64,000 nucleotides of DNA, taken from NCBI GenBank assembly GCA_030141605.1, contig JAQGDQ010000964.1, positions 11,565 through 75,564 of the forward strand, in the 5' to 3' direction. A program made the translations under genes and the position numbers. Shown here piece after piece: positions 1 through 14,030 of the stretch (position 1 is its first letter; each line of letters begins with the position of its first letter). Under the pieces are notes generated by a model, which made no database searches, had not been told where the DNA came from, and worked only from the letters and a program-made list of their open reading frames with translations. Source of the stretch: Tubiluchus corallicola. Its lineage: Eukaryota; Animalia; Priapulida.

Positions 1-261
1 TACTACTACTACTACTGCTACTACTATTAGGCATTATGTGTATATTGTAATGTACTTTGGTAATCGTGTCGTGTCTATGTATAATATTGTGAACGTATTG
101 TATCTACGTATATAATTGCTTTTAATTTTAATTTTTACACGCTAATAGTTTTGTAGTTGCCTTTAACAGTGTTTTAGTATTGAAAATATTTTTAACACTG
201 AGGATTGTAATTTTATTGTAATCTATTTTATTGCAAGTAAAATAAAGTATATGTGTATATG

Positions 262-300
<39 letters not shown>

Positions 301-1149
301 TCCCAAAAGCTGCATGGCTTGCATAAAAAGAAAGCATTTCCACAATGTATGTTGATGCAACGCTGATCATAAAGGGAAGTAATTACTCACCACTATAAAC
401 AACACCAAGATGGCGACCGCAACATCTAAGTACTTCATTGTAACCTGCAAGAACAATAATCTATAAAAACAACGCCTTAAAGCAAATAAACCGTAAGAAG
501 GTTGCATCAAGGCAATTAAGGCGATTCACAATGACTATACTAATATTTCTGCTAGGTTCCTGTATCTCCACATCATAAAGGAACAAGCCGACACGAAAAC
601 TTTATCCGGTCACGCTGTTGTTCTTACACCTCTAAGCTGACCCCCATAATTTCTCAAAATTTTATCACTTGTCTGATCCAAGCATTGCTTCTTACTTAAT
701 GTGCTCATGTTTACTGTACATAAAGCTTCTTCGTTCACTGCATGATTTACAAACACTTTTTTAACTACATCACATTTCAACAGATGCGCCAAGATTTCTC
801 AGTTAAATTCGTTATGACCTACTAGACTGACCTATACTAAATTTAGAGTTGTGAATATTAATCATTTTCCAGACACCCTCAGAACAATCTCATTTACAGA
901 TGAGATGGTCAAATGAAAAGAAGAACTGATACAAAATGGTTGACAAAAGAAAACGAAAATACAAAACTACGAAGCATCGACAGTAGCTACTAAGCCAGAG
1001 AGAACACACAAGATGATACTACACCAAATCTTCCTTGATTACAAACAAGAGACAGCACTCGTAGTATATGAGAAACTGAAGGAAAACCTGGAATTGTGAT
1101 GATTCCGATGAATCTTCAACGCGGTAGAGGAGGTGACATGAGCTCGTTT

Positions 1150-1690
1150 GTTGAAGAACTAACTGATAGACCCCAGGAGATGAATGTTTGCTCAAGAACT
1201 GCCTGATTTGCTGCAGTGAGACGATGGTTCATTGAGAGCCTTACTGATAGAGTGAGTGTGTTCCTATGGTAGACCTCCTGAGACGAGGGTTTGTTGAATA
1301 ACTAATTTGTAGATTGTATAAACACCTCATCAGGCGAAGGTTCGCTGAGAAAAAAACTAATAGATTGTGTAGCAGACCTCCTGAGACGAGGGTTTGTTGA
1401 TTAACTAATTAATAAATTGTGCAAAAGACCTCATCAGGCGAAGGTTCACTGAAAAAATAACTGACAGATTGTGTAGTAGACCTTCTGAGACGAGGGTTTG
1501 TTAAGGAACTGACTAACGGACTGTGTAAAAGACCTCAACAGAAGAAGATTAGTTGAAAAAACAATTGATAGGGCCTGTACTAACCTCTTGAGACGAAGGT
1601 TCGTTAGGAAAATAACTGATAGATTGTGTAGTAAACCTTCTGAGACTAGGGTTTGCTACGAAACTGACTAAAAGACTGTGCAAAAGACCA
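1150..1690. repeat. Degenerate ~52/104-bp tandem repeat
   Basis: acct(c/t)ctgagacgagggttt near 1271, 1374, 1478, 1582 alternating with acctcatcaggcgaaggtt. Confidence 0.7.
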
Positions 1691-2802
1691 CAGTTTAGCA
1701 TCTCATTAGAATCTTTATGCCTCTCTATACAGAAATGTAATTAATGTAAACTAATCATTATGTCAAATGTTGCGTTGAATACGATTTATTCGCTTCATTT
1801 ACAATACGATATTTAAAGAATTAAAAACCGATAAATCACGACATATTTTTACTAAAATTAAGTTTCAATGAAATTGCAATTAAAGAGAAAAAAGTAAGTT
1901 AAAAAGAAAATCTTACAGAGTTGTCTATGTATTTAATACAAAGTTTAACACCCAAGTAAATAATAAATGATATAAGGATATATATATGGACAAATGTTTA
2001 TCACAAAATGAAACAAAAAACACGCATACATGTATACAATCCGTTAATATAAGTTTCACTGAGAAAGGTTAGTCCTTGTCACGTTCTGGGAAGGTTTATA
2101 AATGCGCACTTTCGACTTACCTCTAAGCGCCAAGCTCCGTCGGCGACACAAATAAAGAAAAGTTCGTCGTCACTGCTCGCCCTTCCATTTTATACGAACC
2201 CCCTACTGGACCACTGACCCACATAGGACACTTTCACTCGCCTGAGACGTGGGCAGTCCCTTTGTGAGACGTAAAAGAGTTAATTCCACGGAAATGAAGG
2301 GTCTCCATTTTATCTAGTAATCAGAATAATGTCGCGGAAAATGTCGTTTGTCTAAACCTGTTAGAATTCTTATATTTGTGAGTTTTTTTAGCGTTCTTAC
2401 CCTTTAGCAAATTTTATTGTAGTCGAGTGTCGCCATAATGGATCCGCCATGATGGATCCGCCATAATGGATCCGCCATAAGATTGTCTGATATTAAGATG
2501 TGACAGCGAGAGTGAATTTGATACGCAAGGCACGTTTTCAGGTCAGTTGACATGTCACATAATATCCGTAAAATAATTCCAGCAAAGAAAACTTTCCCTT
2601 GTAGTTGATTTTAATTCATTTGTTACAAAGTTCTTGCAGTAGCATTCATAATATACCATTGAAGTGGAATAAATAAATTAAAATTTCGCTAGAAGTCTCT
2701 TAAAAACTTTTACTTCTAGTGTAGACTTTAAAAATTATGTTAACCATTTTGGTATAAATGTGAGTTACAGACACAAAAGCTAAATTTAATAGCAGTCATA
2801 AT

Positions 2803-2853
2803 ATCATCATCATCGTCGTCGTTGCCACATCATCATTATTACTATCATCAACG

Positions 2854-2904
<51 letters not shown>

Positions 2905-3510
2905 ACACCATCATCAACATCATCACCATTATCATCATCGTTGTCGTTGCCACATCATCATTTATCATTATCATCAACGTCATCATCACCATCAGCAACA
3001 CCATAAACAACATCATCATCATCGTCGTCGTTGTCATCGTCATCGTCATCGTCATCGTCGTCATCGCCATCATCATCATCATCAAAAACAACATCATCAA
3101 CATCATTATCCTCATCGCCGTCGTCACCGTAATCGTCATCATCATCATCATCACCATCATTATCATTATTATTATCAACACCATCAGCAACATCAGCACC
3201 ATTATCATCATCATCGTCGTCGTCACATCATCACTATCATTATCATCTATGTCATCACCATTATCATCATCATCATCACCATCATCATCAACACCATCAT
3301 CAACGTCATCATCACCATCATCATCATCATCATCATCATCAACATCACCATCATCAACTTCATCATCATCATCGTCGTCGTCGTCATCATCATCATCATT
3401 ATCATCATCACCATCATCATCATCATCATCAACACCATCATCAACATCATCACCATTATCATCATCATCAATGTCATCGTCATCGTCATCGTCATCATCG
3501 TCATCATCAT
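2803..3510. repeat. Imperfect (CAT)n microsatellite
   Basis: Direct inspection. Confidence 0.97.
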
Positions 3511-5125
3511 GTTAGTTAGACTTATAGTTGTGAGTTATGCTGATCGCCGGTTGTGCCTAGAGGCTCTCACTGATCAGCTGAAAACGTATGTATGTTGCAT
3601 TTAGCGAAAACCTACCAAAAATAAGAAAGTTGTCAAAAACTTCTATTAACTTTTAGCAAAAAAATATTGTATGCATTTACATCTTCAATTTCAATAATCG
3701 CATAATAATTAAAAAAAACTGTAATATGACCACAAAATAGTTAAAAAGTTTTTTTGTATGCATACAGAAAATTTTCTTTGTGAGTTAAATCTCACATTAT
3801 GGGAACCGGTAATTAAAAAGCCTTGACTTTCATATTTAATAGCGCAAAGATAGTTATTTAAAACTCTATAATAAACTGAAATAATTGAAAATTGAAGAAT
3901 TGCAATGGTAAAATTCTCTCTGTAAATGACTCTTTTTACAGACTTTATTTTACAAACTCAAGCGTTTTCATGAAAAAACGAGGCTTTCCTATTTCTACAT
4001 GTAGGTGACTATTCGATGCAAGTATGTTGTTTATACATGCAATTTTAGCAAACAGTACTTTTATATCTAAGAATTATAATTCATGTCCACTTGTAATTGA
4101 TTAAACTATTTTTTGTGCTTTGCAGATACTTTAAAGTTTAAAGGAAGGCGGGATGATTTTTCATATACTACCCCATTTTCAACGTCCCGATAAAAAATGA
4201 CACATTTTAACACAATTAATGCTGCGTAAGCATTTCTGATAATTAGATAATAGATTAAAATCTTAATTAACGACGGACGAACCTAACAATTGATCACATC
4301 ACAAACCAACAAAATTTTCAACTTCAAAAATGTTCCACGAGCGTGTTGCACGTGTTTGCGAAAATTGAAGTAAAGTGTTACTGTAAGTTATTCCGTGTGT
4401 TGTAATAAAACTCGGCAAGTGTTAAGATAGAAATTCAAATTTCCGCTGTGCTCACGCATAAGCTGTCGAGCGTGTGTAGTTCTTCACAAACTAACACATC
4501 TGAACTAAGAGGTACAGCATCTGTTTTTGTCCAATGCGTTTCTGAAATGCAAGCGCTAGTGCCCGTCTAACTAGCGAATGGCAAAATGCATGTAACAGCT
4601 AACAACTAGTGGCGCGAACGTGAAATTGTGTTTGTGTGGTAATAATTCTTTCACGTAAGTCATTTTTGAAGAAAATAATATGTTTCCTTTCAATATTTTT
4701 AAAGGTTTTGCTTTAAGTATGCTTGATATACAGCCCCGCAGGTGAACGAATGCATGCCTTACAGAAAGAAAAATTATATGTAAGCCTATAGGCCGCCATT
4801 ATAACCCCGGTACAGTAGGCTAACGATTTTAAAAGTCATAAACTTTTGGTGACAGTTGACGGCTGGACACCATGAATATTTTATTGGAACACAGTTATAG
4901 AAAACTATGCCATGTGCTGTATGTGATCATTTTACGCTTGACCTGTATCGAGTTTTTGCGTTGTGTATAAACTTTCGATGACAGCATGAGATATTTTCAA
5001 CTCATTGTCAAAATAAAGTGCGTATGTATTATACGCAGCAGCTTATTTTACAAAGGTTTCTCTATGAATGCCTATACATGTTTAATATCGTATTTGGGTA
5101 TCACACATTGGTGACCAGTGATGAA

Positions 5126-5487
5126 GTCACAGGAAAAAAAAGTCACGGAGAAAAGTCACGGAAAAAAGTCACGGAAAAAAAGTCACGGAAAAAGGTCACG
5201 GAAAAAAGTCACGGAAAAAAGTCTTAATTTTGGCCAGGAAAAAGTCACAATTAATTTTGACTAAGATTAGGAATAGGGTTGATGTTAGGAATAGGGTTAT
5301 ATTTAGGTTTAGGGTTCTAATAAGGTTTAGGGGTTAGCATTACGGCTAAATTTAGGGTTAGGGTCATTTCTTTTTTCTGGAAGCTTTTTTGTTCTTGTGG
5401 CTTCTTCTTGTGACCTTTTTGTGACTTTTTTATCTGTGATTTTTTTACCTGTGACTTTATTACCTGTATCCCTGTTACCTGGATTCC
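5126..5487. mobile_element. Dispersed element with gtcacggaaaaaa subrepeats and degenerate ttaggg tract
   Basis: Inverted homolog at ~16397-16606; similar degenerate ttaggg tract at 26020-26210. Confidence 0.5.
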
Positions 5488-5547
5488 ACAAAACAAGCCA
5501 ATGGAGTCATTCAAAGTCATTCGGCTATCAACTCTAAAATCCTTAAA

Positions 5548-5618
5548 TAGATAGGCAGATCGATAGATAGTTAGGTAGAAGGTAGATAGATGGATAAATA
5601 GATAGGTAGGTAGGTAGG

Positions 5619-5715
<97 letters not shown>

Positions 5716-6020
5716 GATAGATGGATGGATGGATGGATGGATGGATGGATGGATGGATGGATGGATGGATGGATGGATGGATGGATGGATGGATGGATGG
5801 ATGGATGGGCGGGCGGGCGGGCGGGCGGGCGGGCGGGCGGACGGACGGACGGACGGACGGACGGACGGACGGACGGACGGACGGACGGACGGACGGACGG
5901 ACGACAGACGGACGGGTGGGTGTGTGGTTAAGTAGGTAGGTAGGCAGGCAGGCATGCAGGTAGGTAGGTAGATAGGCATGGAGGCAGACAGACAGACAGA
6001 CAGATAGACAGACAGACAGA
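5548..6020. repeat. Compound tetranucleotide microsatellite
   Basis: GGTA, GATA, GGAT, GGGC, GGAC, GGCA, GACA blocks. Confidence 0.97.
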
Positions 6021-6139
6021 AAAGCCTTTTAAAACAGTTTCGTTGTACGCACACGCAGTTGCTCTAAGTCAAAGGTTATTTGTACCACAGCAACGAGTCT
6101 TAACTACACCCGTCACATTACATTTGGGTAAAGCCGTCA

Positions 6140-6390
6140 TAGTTCAGTAACTCAGTTGTTTTATGTGGACTTTACTTAATTATGCATTAGTCTGTGCGTA
6201 GAATGTTTTACTTGTTTGGGAACAAGAAAAAATGAACTAGGTAAGGTTCTAGCTAGCTGTTAAAACTGTTACTATTACAATACCATGGGCTGTGAGGCAT
6301 TGTCAAGTGTACACAAATGTGTTGCCCGGTATACTTGGCCTTTGACCTTTTCACGATCATGATCAATCGCTGAAACTTTGAAAAGGCTTT
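6140..6390. repeat. Dispersed repeat, inverted copy at ~59535-59797
   Basis: Direct visual match, e.g. gaacaagaaaaaatgaactaggtaagg vs ccttacctagttcattttttcttgtt. Confidence 0.7.
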
Positions 6391-8211
6391 AGAAACTGTG
6401 CGAAACGATAGCGCTCAGCATTGATTTAGTTCAAAGAATGGGTGCTTCGTTGAAAGACTTGGTGCGTCCTTTAATGTTGATATTTCGAGTTTTTGAAAGC
6501 ATTTCATTGTCTAAACTTGTTCTAATCATTATATGGCAAAATTGGCGGCTACGGTTACTGTTACTTATAGCACAAATATTGCCGCGTACAAAAACGCGTA
6601 AGTGTAAACCTAGAAGAACGTCTGGTTGCAGTAATTAGACTTTTGTTCCACCTGTTTAAAGCACAAGAAAACCTTCCACTTACATAAAGCTTAAAAGATT
6701 TGTCTCGAAATTTTATACCACTTACATACTACCTTTTCGTATTCATGGCTTGCATTGACCGTAACGCTGTATAAAACGTGTAAATTTTAACTCCCGCGAT
6801 GACCGTTAGGCGCAGCCATTTTAATGGTTGTTCGTTTGAAACAAGTTTAGATAACATTAGGCAAAGTTTGAAAAAATAATCAGAGCATTCGTAGTATACA
6901 TGTTGCTAATTAAGCAAAATTTTAAACTACTCTACCCGGTCGATAAGATTAAAAATACGTTTTTAGTAAGTGAGTGCTGCACCCTGGAGGGTGAGTCAGC
7001 GACATTTTACCAATTTGCAGGAACATTTTAAATCATTAGTCTAGTTACAGAAGTGTTTCCAGCAGGTAAGCGAAATGCTAAGTAATATAGATTTGCACGG
7101 AAAGTTTTTTGGATCATAATTTAACATGGTCTTTTCTTCCCTTGAGTTACGTGGCGTAGTGACGTCATGTAATGGCGCCGTCGGAACAGTATTTTGCTTG
7201 AGATTTAAAATGAAAACAAACAAAAATTCCTTTTAACGTGAGTGTGATATGTGCATAAAATTGCTGTAAAGTAATATAATTTTTTAAGGCGATTTTTACT
7301 GAAACCTACTTCAGGTACCCCTTTTCTTGCCCCTTAAGAATTAATCCTATCAACCTACAGTGAAAGGTGGAAAAACACCTACGCAGCTAGCATGCATTCC
7401 CTGTAAAGTTTGCCCCAGTAAAACAAGGTTGCGATGCGATCAGATGTACACTTCCTGCTTGTTAATGTTCGAGCAACACCATTAATTTAATAATAGAAGA
7501 TTCACCAGTAATATGACAGCGATTCGTTCATAGAGCTTGCAATGAAGATCATTTGGTTGGAAAATTTTGCCATTCTGTAAATAAATGCTGTAAAAGAAAA
7601 AAATTTATTTAAAATTTTAGTTTTTTCAACGCGTTTAGTCATTTTAGTGCGTTCTAGTCAATGACAACCGCCTTGTGGTAAAACATTCTACAATTCTTTT
7701 AGACAACAAAATTCTCACAATTTTCTGCACTTCCAAAGGTGACATTTTAAATTCTTATATGATAATAACAGCACTAAGCTTATTACAAGCAGCCTAAAAT
7801 GCAGTGCACATCGGTTTAGCCTGCCCACTTATCGTAGCATTGCTTATCAAAACTAGTCAATAGTAAGAAACTTACAAACTCCGTTACATGAGCCTGAAAT
7901 CATTTTTCCATTAACTTTCAATGGTATCCTGCAAAATCTTTGTAATAATAATGTAATTACCGAAAGCAAAAATTCCAAAAGATAATCTAAACAATTACGT
8001 CATTCTACGTCAAAGACAAATTTAGCAACTCGCTACTTAATTCAGGCGGATGGGAAGATCTAATTGAAAGTTTAAATATTCTGAAGATGACACTTGAAAT
8101 TTCTTCGGTTAAATATCTACAAAATTCAACAGTCGAGTCGGAATTGGTCAGAAATGTTCAGGATATATTTGAACGTGCGTGCATCATCTTTTGGTAAACG
8201 TGTATTTTCGT

Positions 8212-9540
8212 TAACATGCTGGTTATTAGCGCAGATGATCGTTTCAACAGCAACTGTCATTTTCAGTGCAACAAATCAAACCGAAACAAATAATTAGTAC
8301 AATTATGACACTACTAACCAAGGCATAGAATAAATAGTATCATTATACAATCGCAAGAGTAAAATCTTATATAGAAGGTAATATTTTTGTGCTTTCTTTG
8401 CAGTTTTCTTAAGTCGTGATGCTTTTCCTGAGTTATTTCTACTGTATACTAACCAGGGCACAGAATAAATAATTCCATTATACAATCACAAGAGTAAAAT
8501 CTTATATAGAAGGTACTATTTTTGTGTTTTCTTTGCAGTATTCTGTACGCGTGATCCTTTTCCTGAGTTATTTCTACTGTATACTAACCAGGGCATAGAA
8601 TAAATAATTCCATTATACAATCACAAGAGTAAAATCTTATCTAGAAGGTAATATTTTTGTGTTTTCTTTGCAGTATTCTGTACGCGTGATCCTTTTCCTG
8701 AGTCATTTCTACAGTATACTAACCAGGGCATAGAATAAATAATTCCATTATACAATCACAAGAGTGAAATCTTATATAGAAGGTAATATTTTTGTGTTTT
8801 CTTTGCAGTATTCTGTACGCGTGATCCTTTTCCTGAGTTATTTCTACTGTATACTAACCAGGGCATAGAATAAATAATTCCATTATACAATCACAACAGT
8901 AAAATCTTATCTAGAAGGTAATATTTTTGTGTTTTCTTTGCAGTATTCTGTACGCGTGATCCTTTTCCTGAGTCATTTCTACAGTATACTAACCAGGGCA
9001 TAGAATAAATAATTCCATTATACAATCACAAGAGTAAAATCTTATCTAGAAGGTAATATTTTTGTGTTTTCTTTGCAGTATTCTGTACGCGTGATCCTTT
9101 TCCTGAGTTATTTCTACTGTATACAAACCAGGGCATAGAATAAATAATTCCATTATACAATCACAAGAGTGAAATCTTATATAGAAGGTAATATTTTTGT
9201 GTTTTCTTTGCAGTTTTCTTTACGCGTGATCCTTTTCCTGAGTTATTTATACTGTATACTAACAAAGGCATAGAATAAATTAAATTATTACACAATTACA
9301 AGAGTGAAAGTATACAAGTAGAAATACCTGAAGAAGAGGTTCTCGTGTAAAGAAATCTGTAAAGAAAATATAAAAATATTACCTTCTATATCAGATTTCA
9401 CTCTTGTGATTGTGTAATGATATTATTTATTCTGTGCCTTGGTTAGTAGTGTCATAATTGTTCTAATTATTTGTTTCGGTTTGATTTGAAAATGACAGCT
9501 GCTGTTGAAACGATCGTCTGTACTGATAAACAACATGTTA
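8212..9540. mobile_element. Foldback-like element with ~230-bp terminal inverted arms
   Basis: 9311-9540 is the diverged reverse complement of 8212-8450. Confidence 0.75.
8313..9309. repeat. 135-bp minisatellite, ~7.3 copies
   Basis: aacca(g/a)ggca recurs at 8316, 8451, 8586, 8721, 8856, 8991, 9126, with a degenerate copy at 9261. Confidence 0.95.
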
Positions 9541-9574
9541 GTACCTAGAGACTGGCTCGTTCACGTATATATTT

Positions 9575-10062
9575 TCGTTATTGTGACATTCACAGTGTTT
9601 TATTCGCTTGCTGCGCTTATCATGGTCACTGCGGCTGCCATCTTTAAATATGGACGATTACTTGCGTTTACTGACTGGTTAGTTGCTAACCGGGTGTTTG
9701 AACTGGAATTTGTGTACTGCAATATACATGTGCTTTTATAACAAACACATTAACACCTTTCTGGTCAGGTTGTACCTTGCAGGCAATATAAAGTTGCCTT
9801 TCTGCAATTTATTTCGTGACAGTTTTAAAAGAGGAATTGCTTATGACATTATTGGTCATAACCATTGATAGATTCATCGCCATTTCCCTTCCACTTCGCT
9901 ATCCGATGATTGTTAAGTCGTGGCTGGTCAAGACCACCATTATCTGCACGTGGATTTACTCTGCACTTTTGAGCAGTTGGCAGTTCTAACAATTGCATAA
10001 TCTTTATTTCGGTTAGGTTTTGTCGTCATGAACTTTTGGTCAATGCCAACGTCATTCGAGCA
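9575..10062 (+). pseudogene. Truncated pseudogene of the same GPCR (TM1 to ECL2)
   Basis: Translates as IVTFTVFYSLAALIMV..AAIFKYGRLLAFTDWLVAN, then near-identical DNA to copy A from 9839; indels, premature TAA at 9987-9989 (AAA in intact copies), homology ends after gtcattcgagc. Confidence 0.85.
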
Positions 10063-10527
10063 CCACTTCATTGTGTATGTCAAAGCTTCCTGCAATTCTA
10101 TACCATGTTTTACGTTTCAGTTACGGTAACCAAATCAAACTTTAAAAGTACTAAATAGTAACATTTTCAGTACTATTAGCAATCACGTTCCTTTTATTCG
10201 TGTGATATTCAGCCGTGATATTCATTTCAGCATTCCTTTAATGGCTTTCAGAAGAATATTTTGAAACAAATGTTTGCTAACTTGAGTTACACTTATAGCT
10301 GACAAAAGATGCATTTTAGCAGTTCCATCCCCATTCATAAACTTTGCAAGGATCTGCGTAAAAAATGTGCGCAAAGAATAAAGTTGTAACAGGAAACCGA
10401 GAAGAGGCAACTATAAAGTTTTGCTTAAAAAGTAAATTTCACATTACTAAATGTTTAACTGAAGTGGCCGACGTATCTCACAAATTTCTCTGGAACAGTG
10501 GAATAGACTGAGGAAGCATAAGGCAGT

Positions 10528-11619
10528 ATGAAGTTTCCTCCTGCCAACTCTTCTGGGCTTGAACTTGTGCGTGAGTTGGACTACGACTTAGGACCAATCA
10601 TGAACGTGTCCAATAAAAGTGGAAGTTTTTCTCCTAGAGATAATCACGGATTTTCCTCAGCTCTTATTGTAACCCTCACAGCATTTTTCTCACTGGGAGC
10701 ATTCATCATGGTCTCAAACTTTGTAGTCATTGCTGCCATCTTCAGATACAAAAGACTGCACTCTTTTACCAACTGGTTTGTTGCCAATCTGGCCGTTACT
10801 GATTTCTGCACTGGCTTCTATATTTACTTGACAAATGGGCTCGCTTTTTTCTGGTCAGGTTACAGCTCACTGACGATATACGGTTGCCTTTCTGCATTTT
10901 ATTTCACGACAGTTTTACAAGTGGAATCGCTTATGACATTATTGGTCATAACCATTGATAGATTCATCGCCATTTCCCTTCCACTTCGCTATCCGATGAT
11001 TGTTAAGTCATGGCTGGTCAAGACCACTATTATCTGCACGTGGATTTATTCTGCATTTTTGAGCAGTTGGCAGTTCAAAAATTACAGGATCGTTACTTCA
11101 GGCAGGTTTTGTCGTCACGAACTTTTGGTCAATGCTAACGTCATTCGAGCAACATCTGTTCATGGTTTATTAAACATGGCAATCATGACTGCATTATACA
11201 GTAAAATCATGATGATCACCAAACGACATTTGAGACAAATAAGATCAGATAGAACTCAGTATCACAGTTATCGTGACAGCATCAAAGCAGCAAAGCTTAT
11301 GTTGTACGTTGTTGGATCTTTTATTGCCTGCTGGCTACCCTATTCAGTTTACACAATTATTGCTGTGAATCCTGGGAGGAAACCTGTAGCAAATATTCTG
11401 AGAAGGTTTATCTACATAGTAATGTGGGCCAACTCAGCTGTCAACCCAATTATTTACTGCTGGAAGAATCTCGATTTTCGCAAAGCTATTAAAAACATTC
11501 TCACCTGTCGGTTTTCAAAGAGTTTGTACAATGCAGATGAATACGTACAAGATACGTCAGCAACAGATAAAAACAGGGCTACGGGCAGTTCTACAAGAGA
11601 TGAAAATATGAGGTACTGA
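10528..11619 (+). CDS. Intronless rhodopsin-like (class A) GPCR, orphan; copy A
   Basis: 363-aa ORF with 7 hydrophobic segments and motifs SNxxV (TM1), NLAVTD (TM2), C3.25, DRF (TM3), W4.50, CWLP (TM6), NPIIY (TM7); N-terminal sequons. No Asp3.32, so not a typical aminergic receptor. Confidence 0.95.
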   Translation: MKFPPANSSGLELVRELDYDLGPIMNVSNKSGSFSPRDNHGFSSALIVTLTAFFSLGAFIMVSNFVVIAAIFRYKRLHSFTNWFVANLAVTDFCTGFYIYLTNGLAFFWSGYSSLTIYGCLSAFYFTTVLQVESLMTLLVITIDRFIAISLPLRYPMIVKSWLVKTTIICTWIYSAFLSSWQFKNYRIVTSGRFCRHELLVNANVIRATSVHGLLNMAIMTALYSKIMMITKRHLRQIRSDRTQYHSYRDSIKAAKLMLYVVGSFIACWLPYSVYTIIAVNPGRKPVANILRRFIYIVMWANSAVNPIIYCWKNLDFRKAIKNILTCRFSKSLYNADEYVQDTSATDKNRATGSSTRDENMRY

Positions 11620-14030
11620 AATCTGAGCAGAAATGTACTAGTTCACAATCAGTCAACAGAAAAACGGTTTGTGTGTGACTGTACGTGCTATAGAATATAC
11701 GTGTATGAAATAAAAAGTCAAATTCAAATTCAAAAAATGTTTGAATAGGTAGCTGTCTGTCTAGTTTCACTTTTGACTTACTGACAAATGAATGATTGTC
11801 TAACTAATTAATTTATTAAATGAGCAACTAACATGCTGCTCATATGCTCTTTCGTATGTTAACTTACATTACACTAAGTAGGTAATTGATATGCATCGCT
11901 AACAGCTATCCAATCGACATTTTAAATGTGTAAAAATTTGATCTTAATTTATCACGATAATTATGCTTCATCTAACTGAGAATTTGGTTGTAATTTATAA
12001 ATACAATTACCGCACATAATGTATCTGCATCAATAGAAGAATGGCACTAACAGTGCTATAGTTTTCTCTTTTTGGAAAATGCAAAACTGTATTGTTGTAA
12101 ATTGACTTTCTGAAAAGCCTTGACAATTTCTGAGAAGCCTGAGGCTAAATAGCTGAGTTACTCCTCTGTTTCAGTTTTGACATATCATTCCACATTGTTA
12201 CTGTTCTCGCATTTGCTGACTAAAACTTGATAATGAAATACTTTATATCTGTATGAGACTGTCTCTATGGTGTAATGTTTTTTGAGAAGCCGTTATGCAG
12301 TCATTATGCCTGAAAAGTGCTTACTTCAGCTAAAAAAAACAATTCAAGTGGGTTAAAAATGACTCTTCGTCATTTTACCTTTGGTAGGAAGAGAATCTCA
12401 CAAATTCCATAGCAACAGCTGATACTTCGTTTTCTACAACGCGTATTGTTTACTTTTTATGGACGCAGAAAAGATTCTCTGTCATTTTATGGGAAACAGA
12501 CCCTTCCGTGAAGAACAAAATCGTCAGCGAATTCTGTTGTCTCCGAATGGAATTTGAATGTCTGCAATGGAAGAGCTTATTTGTTAGTTGAAGATTTGCC
12601 ACGAAATTTTTAATTACGAAAATATTAATAACAATTACGAAATTTTTAAATCTCTGTTCACATGCATAATTTTGCGTTTTAGCAAGTAAGCATGTGACCA
12701 AGTTAAGCTCGTTATGAATTCCAAAAGTCATTAGCCTTAGACATTTCTATAGTTCTTAGAACTGATGCCCATGCAGCATTAGATGAATCAATTATTATAA
12801 TCTTAAAGTCAAGATTGTTATTAATGATGTTACAAATACACAATTAATTAAGTTTTCATACCAAACATGAAATGGAGGAAATGCGAAATGTTTGTATGTA
12901 GCCTGGATTTGAAGCAGAGATCTCTACATTCATTGCAATTGCCTTCACCATTGAAGTTTCGAAAACTTCCGATTCCATGGTTGATAAAAAAATTATGAAC
13001 TCACCCGTTCTCTGCTTCATTTCGGTTACAAAGGCGTAGTGGAGATATTTATTATGCTTGTTAAAATTGAACTAATTATTTCTTGTTGTGAATTTAATTA
13101 TTGTTGTTCTTTGTGAAAAACTGAGCATGTGAAAGACTTTTTAAGTATGTTATAAGGATATGGTATATTGTATGCATTATGTTATTCAAAAAATGTTTCT
13201 AGAACCTAGTGCAACTGGTTTTGTTCATTATGCCAATTTAGGTAATAATTAGTGTATGTATGATATTTAATTTGCTCTGTTTTGGTTGTTTGTTTGATTT
13301 TATCTGTTTCTACAAATTTCTGTAATAGATTTGCAGGTTTTAATCGTGAAAAAACACACAACTATTGATGGCCCAACAACCGGATCTTGCATGGCCCAGA
13401 AATCAAGAAAAACTGTTACAGTCTTCAAATAATGATCGACCTCGCATAATTTGTTTTCTTTCATAATTAAGACGATGTGTGCCTGGACGCAATAAATAAG
13501 CAACACTCACTCTGTTTAATAAGCGAATAATCAACCAGCAAGAAATTTTCTACATGTATTTTATAATTTACATTTCTATTGAATATCTCTCCCTCTCTGC
13601 CTTTTTTCTCTCCTTCTCTCGCTTTTTCTCAACCTCTCTTTCCCTTACTCTATTTTCTCAATCTTCAAATGTAAAAGATGGCAAAATGTTCAATAATTTT
13701 AGCAACAACTTCTCGTTTCTTTTCACATCTCACCCTTGCCATTCATTTCAGCATGCTTTTAGTGCCTTTCACAATTGTATCTTAAGTCAGAATTAAGTTA
13801 CAACTTAAAGCTGCCAAAAGATGCATTATAGCAGTTCCATCCCCATTCATCAGCTTTGCAAGGATCTGCGTAAAAATGTGCGCAAAGAATAAAGTTGTAA
13901 CAGGAAACCGAGAAGAGGCAACTATAAAGTTTTGCTTAAAAAGTAAATTTCACATTACTAGCTGTTTAACTGAAGAGGCCTACGCATCTCAGAAATTTCT
14001 CTGGAACAGACTGAGGAAGCATAAGGCAGT

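Noticed and set aside
2810-3604. His-rich, Met-rich and Ser-rich ORFs
   Set aside because: Translations of the (CAT)n microsatellite; open in several frames on both strands.
5317-6054. 245-aa and overlapping ORFs
   Set aside because: Tetranucleotide repeat translations.
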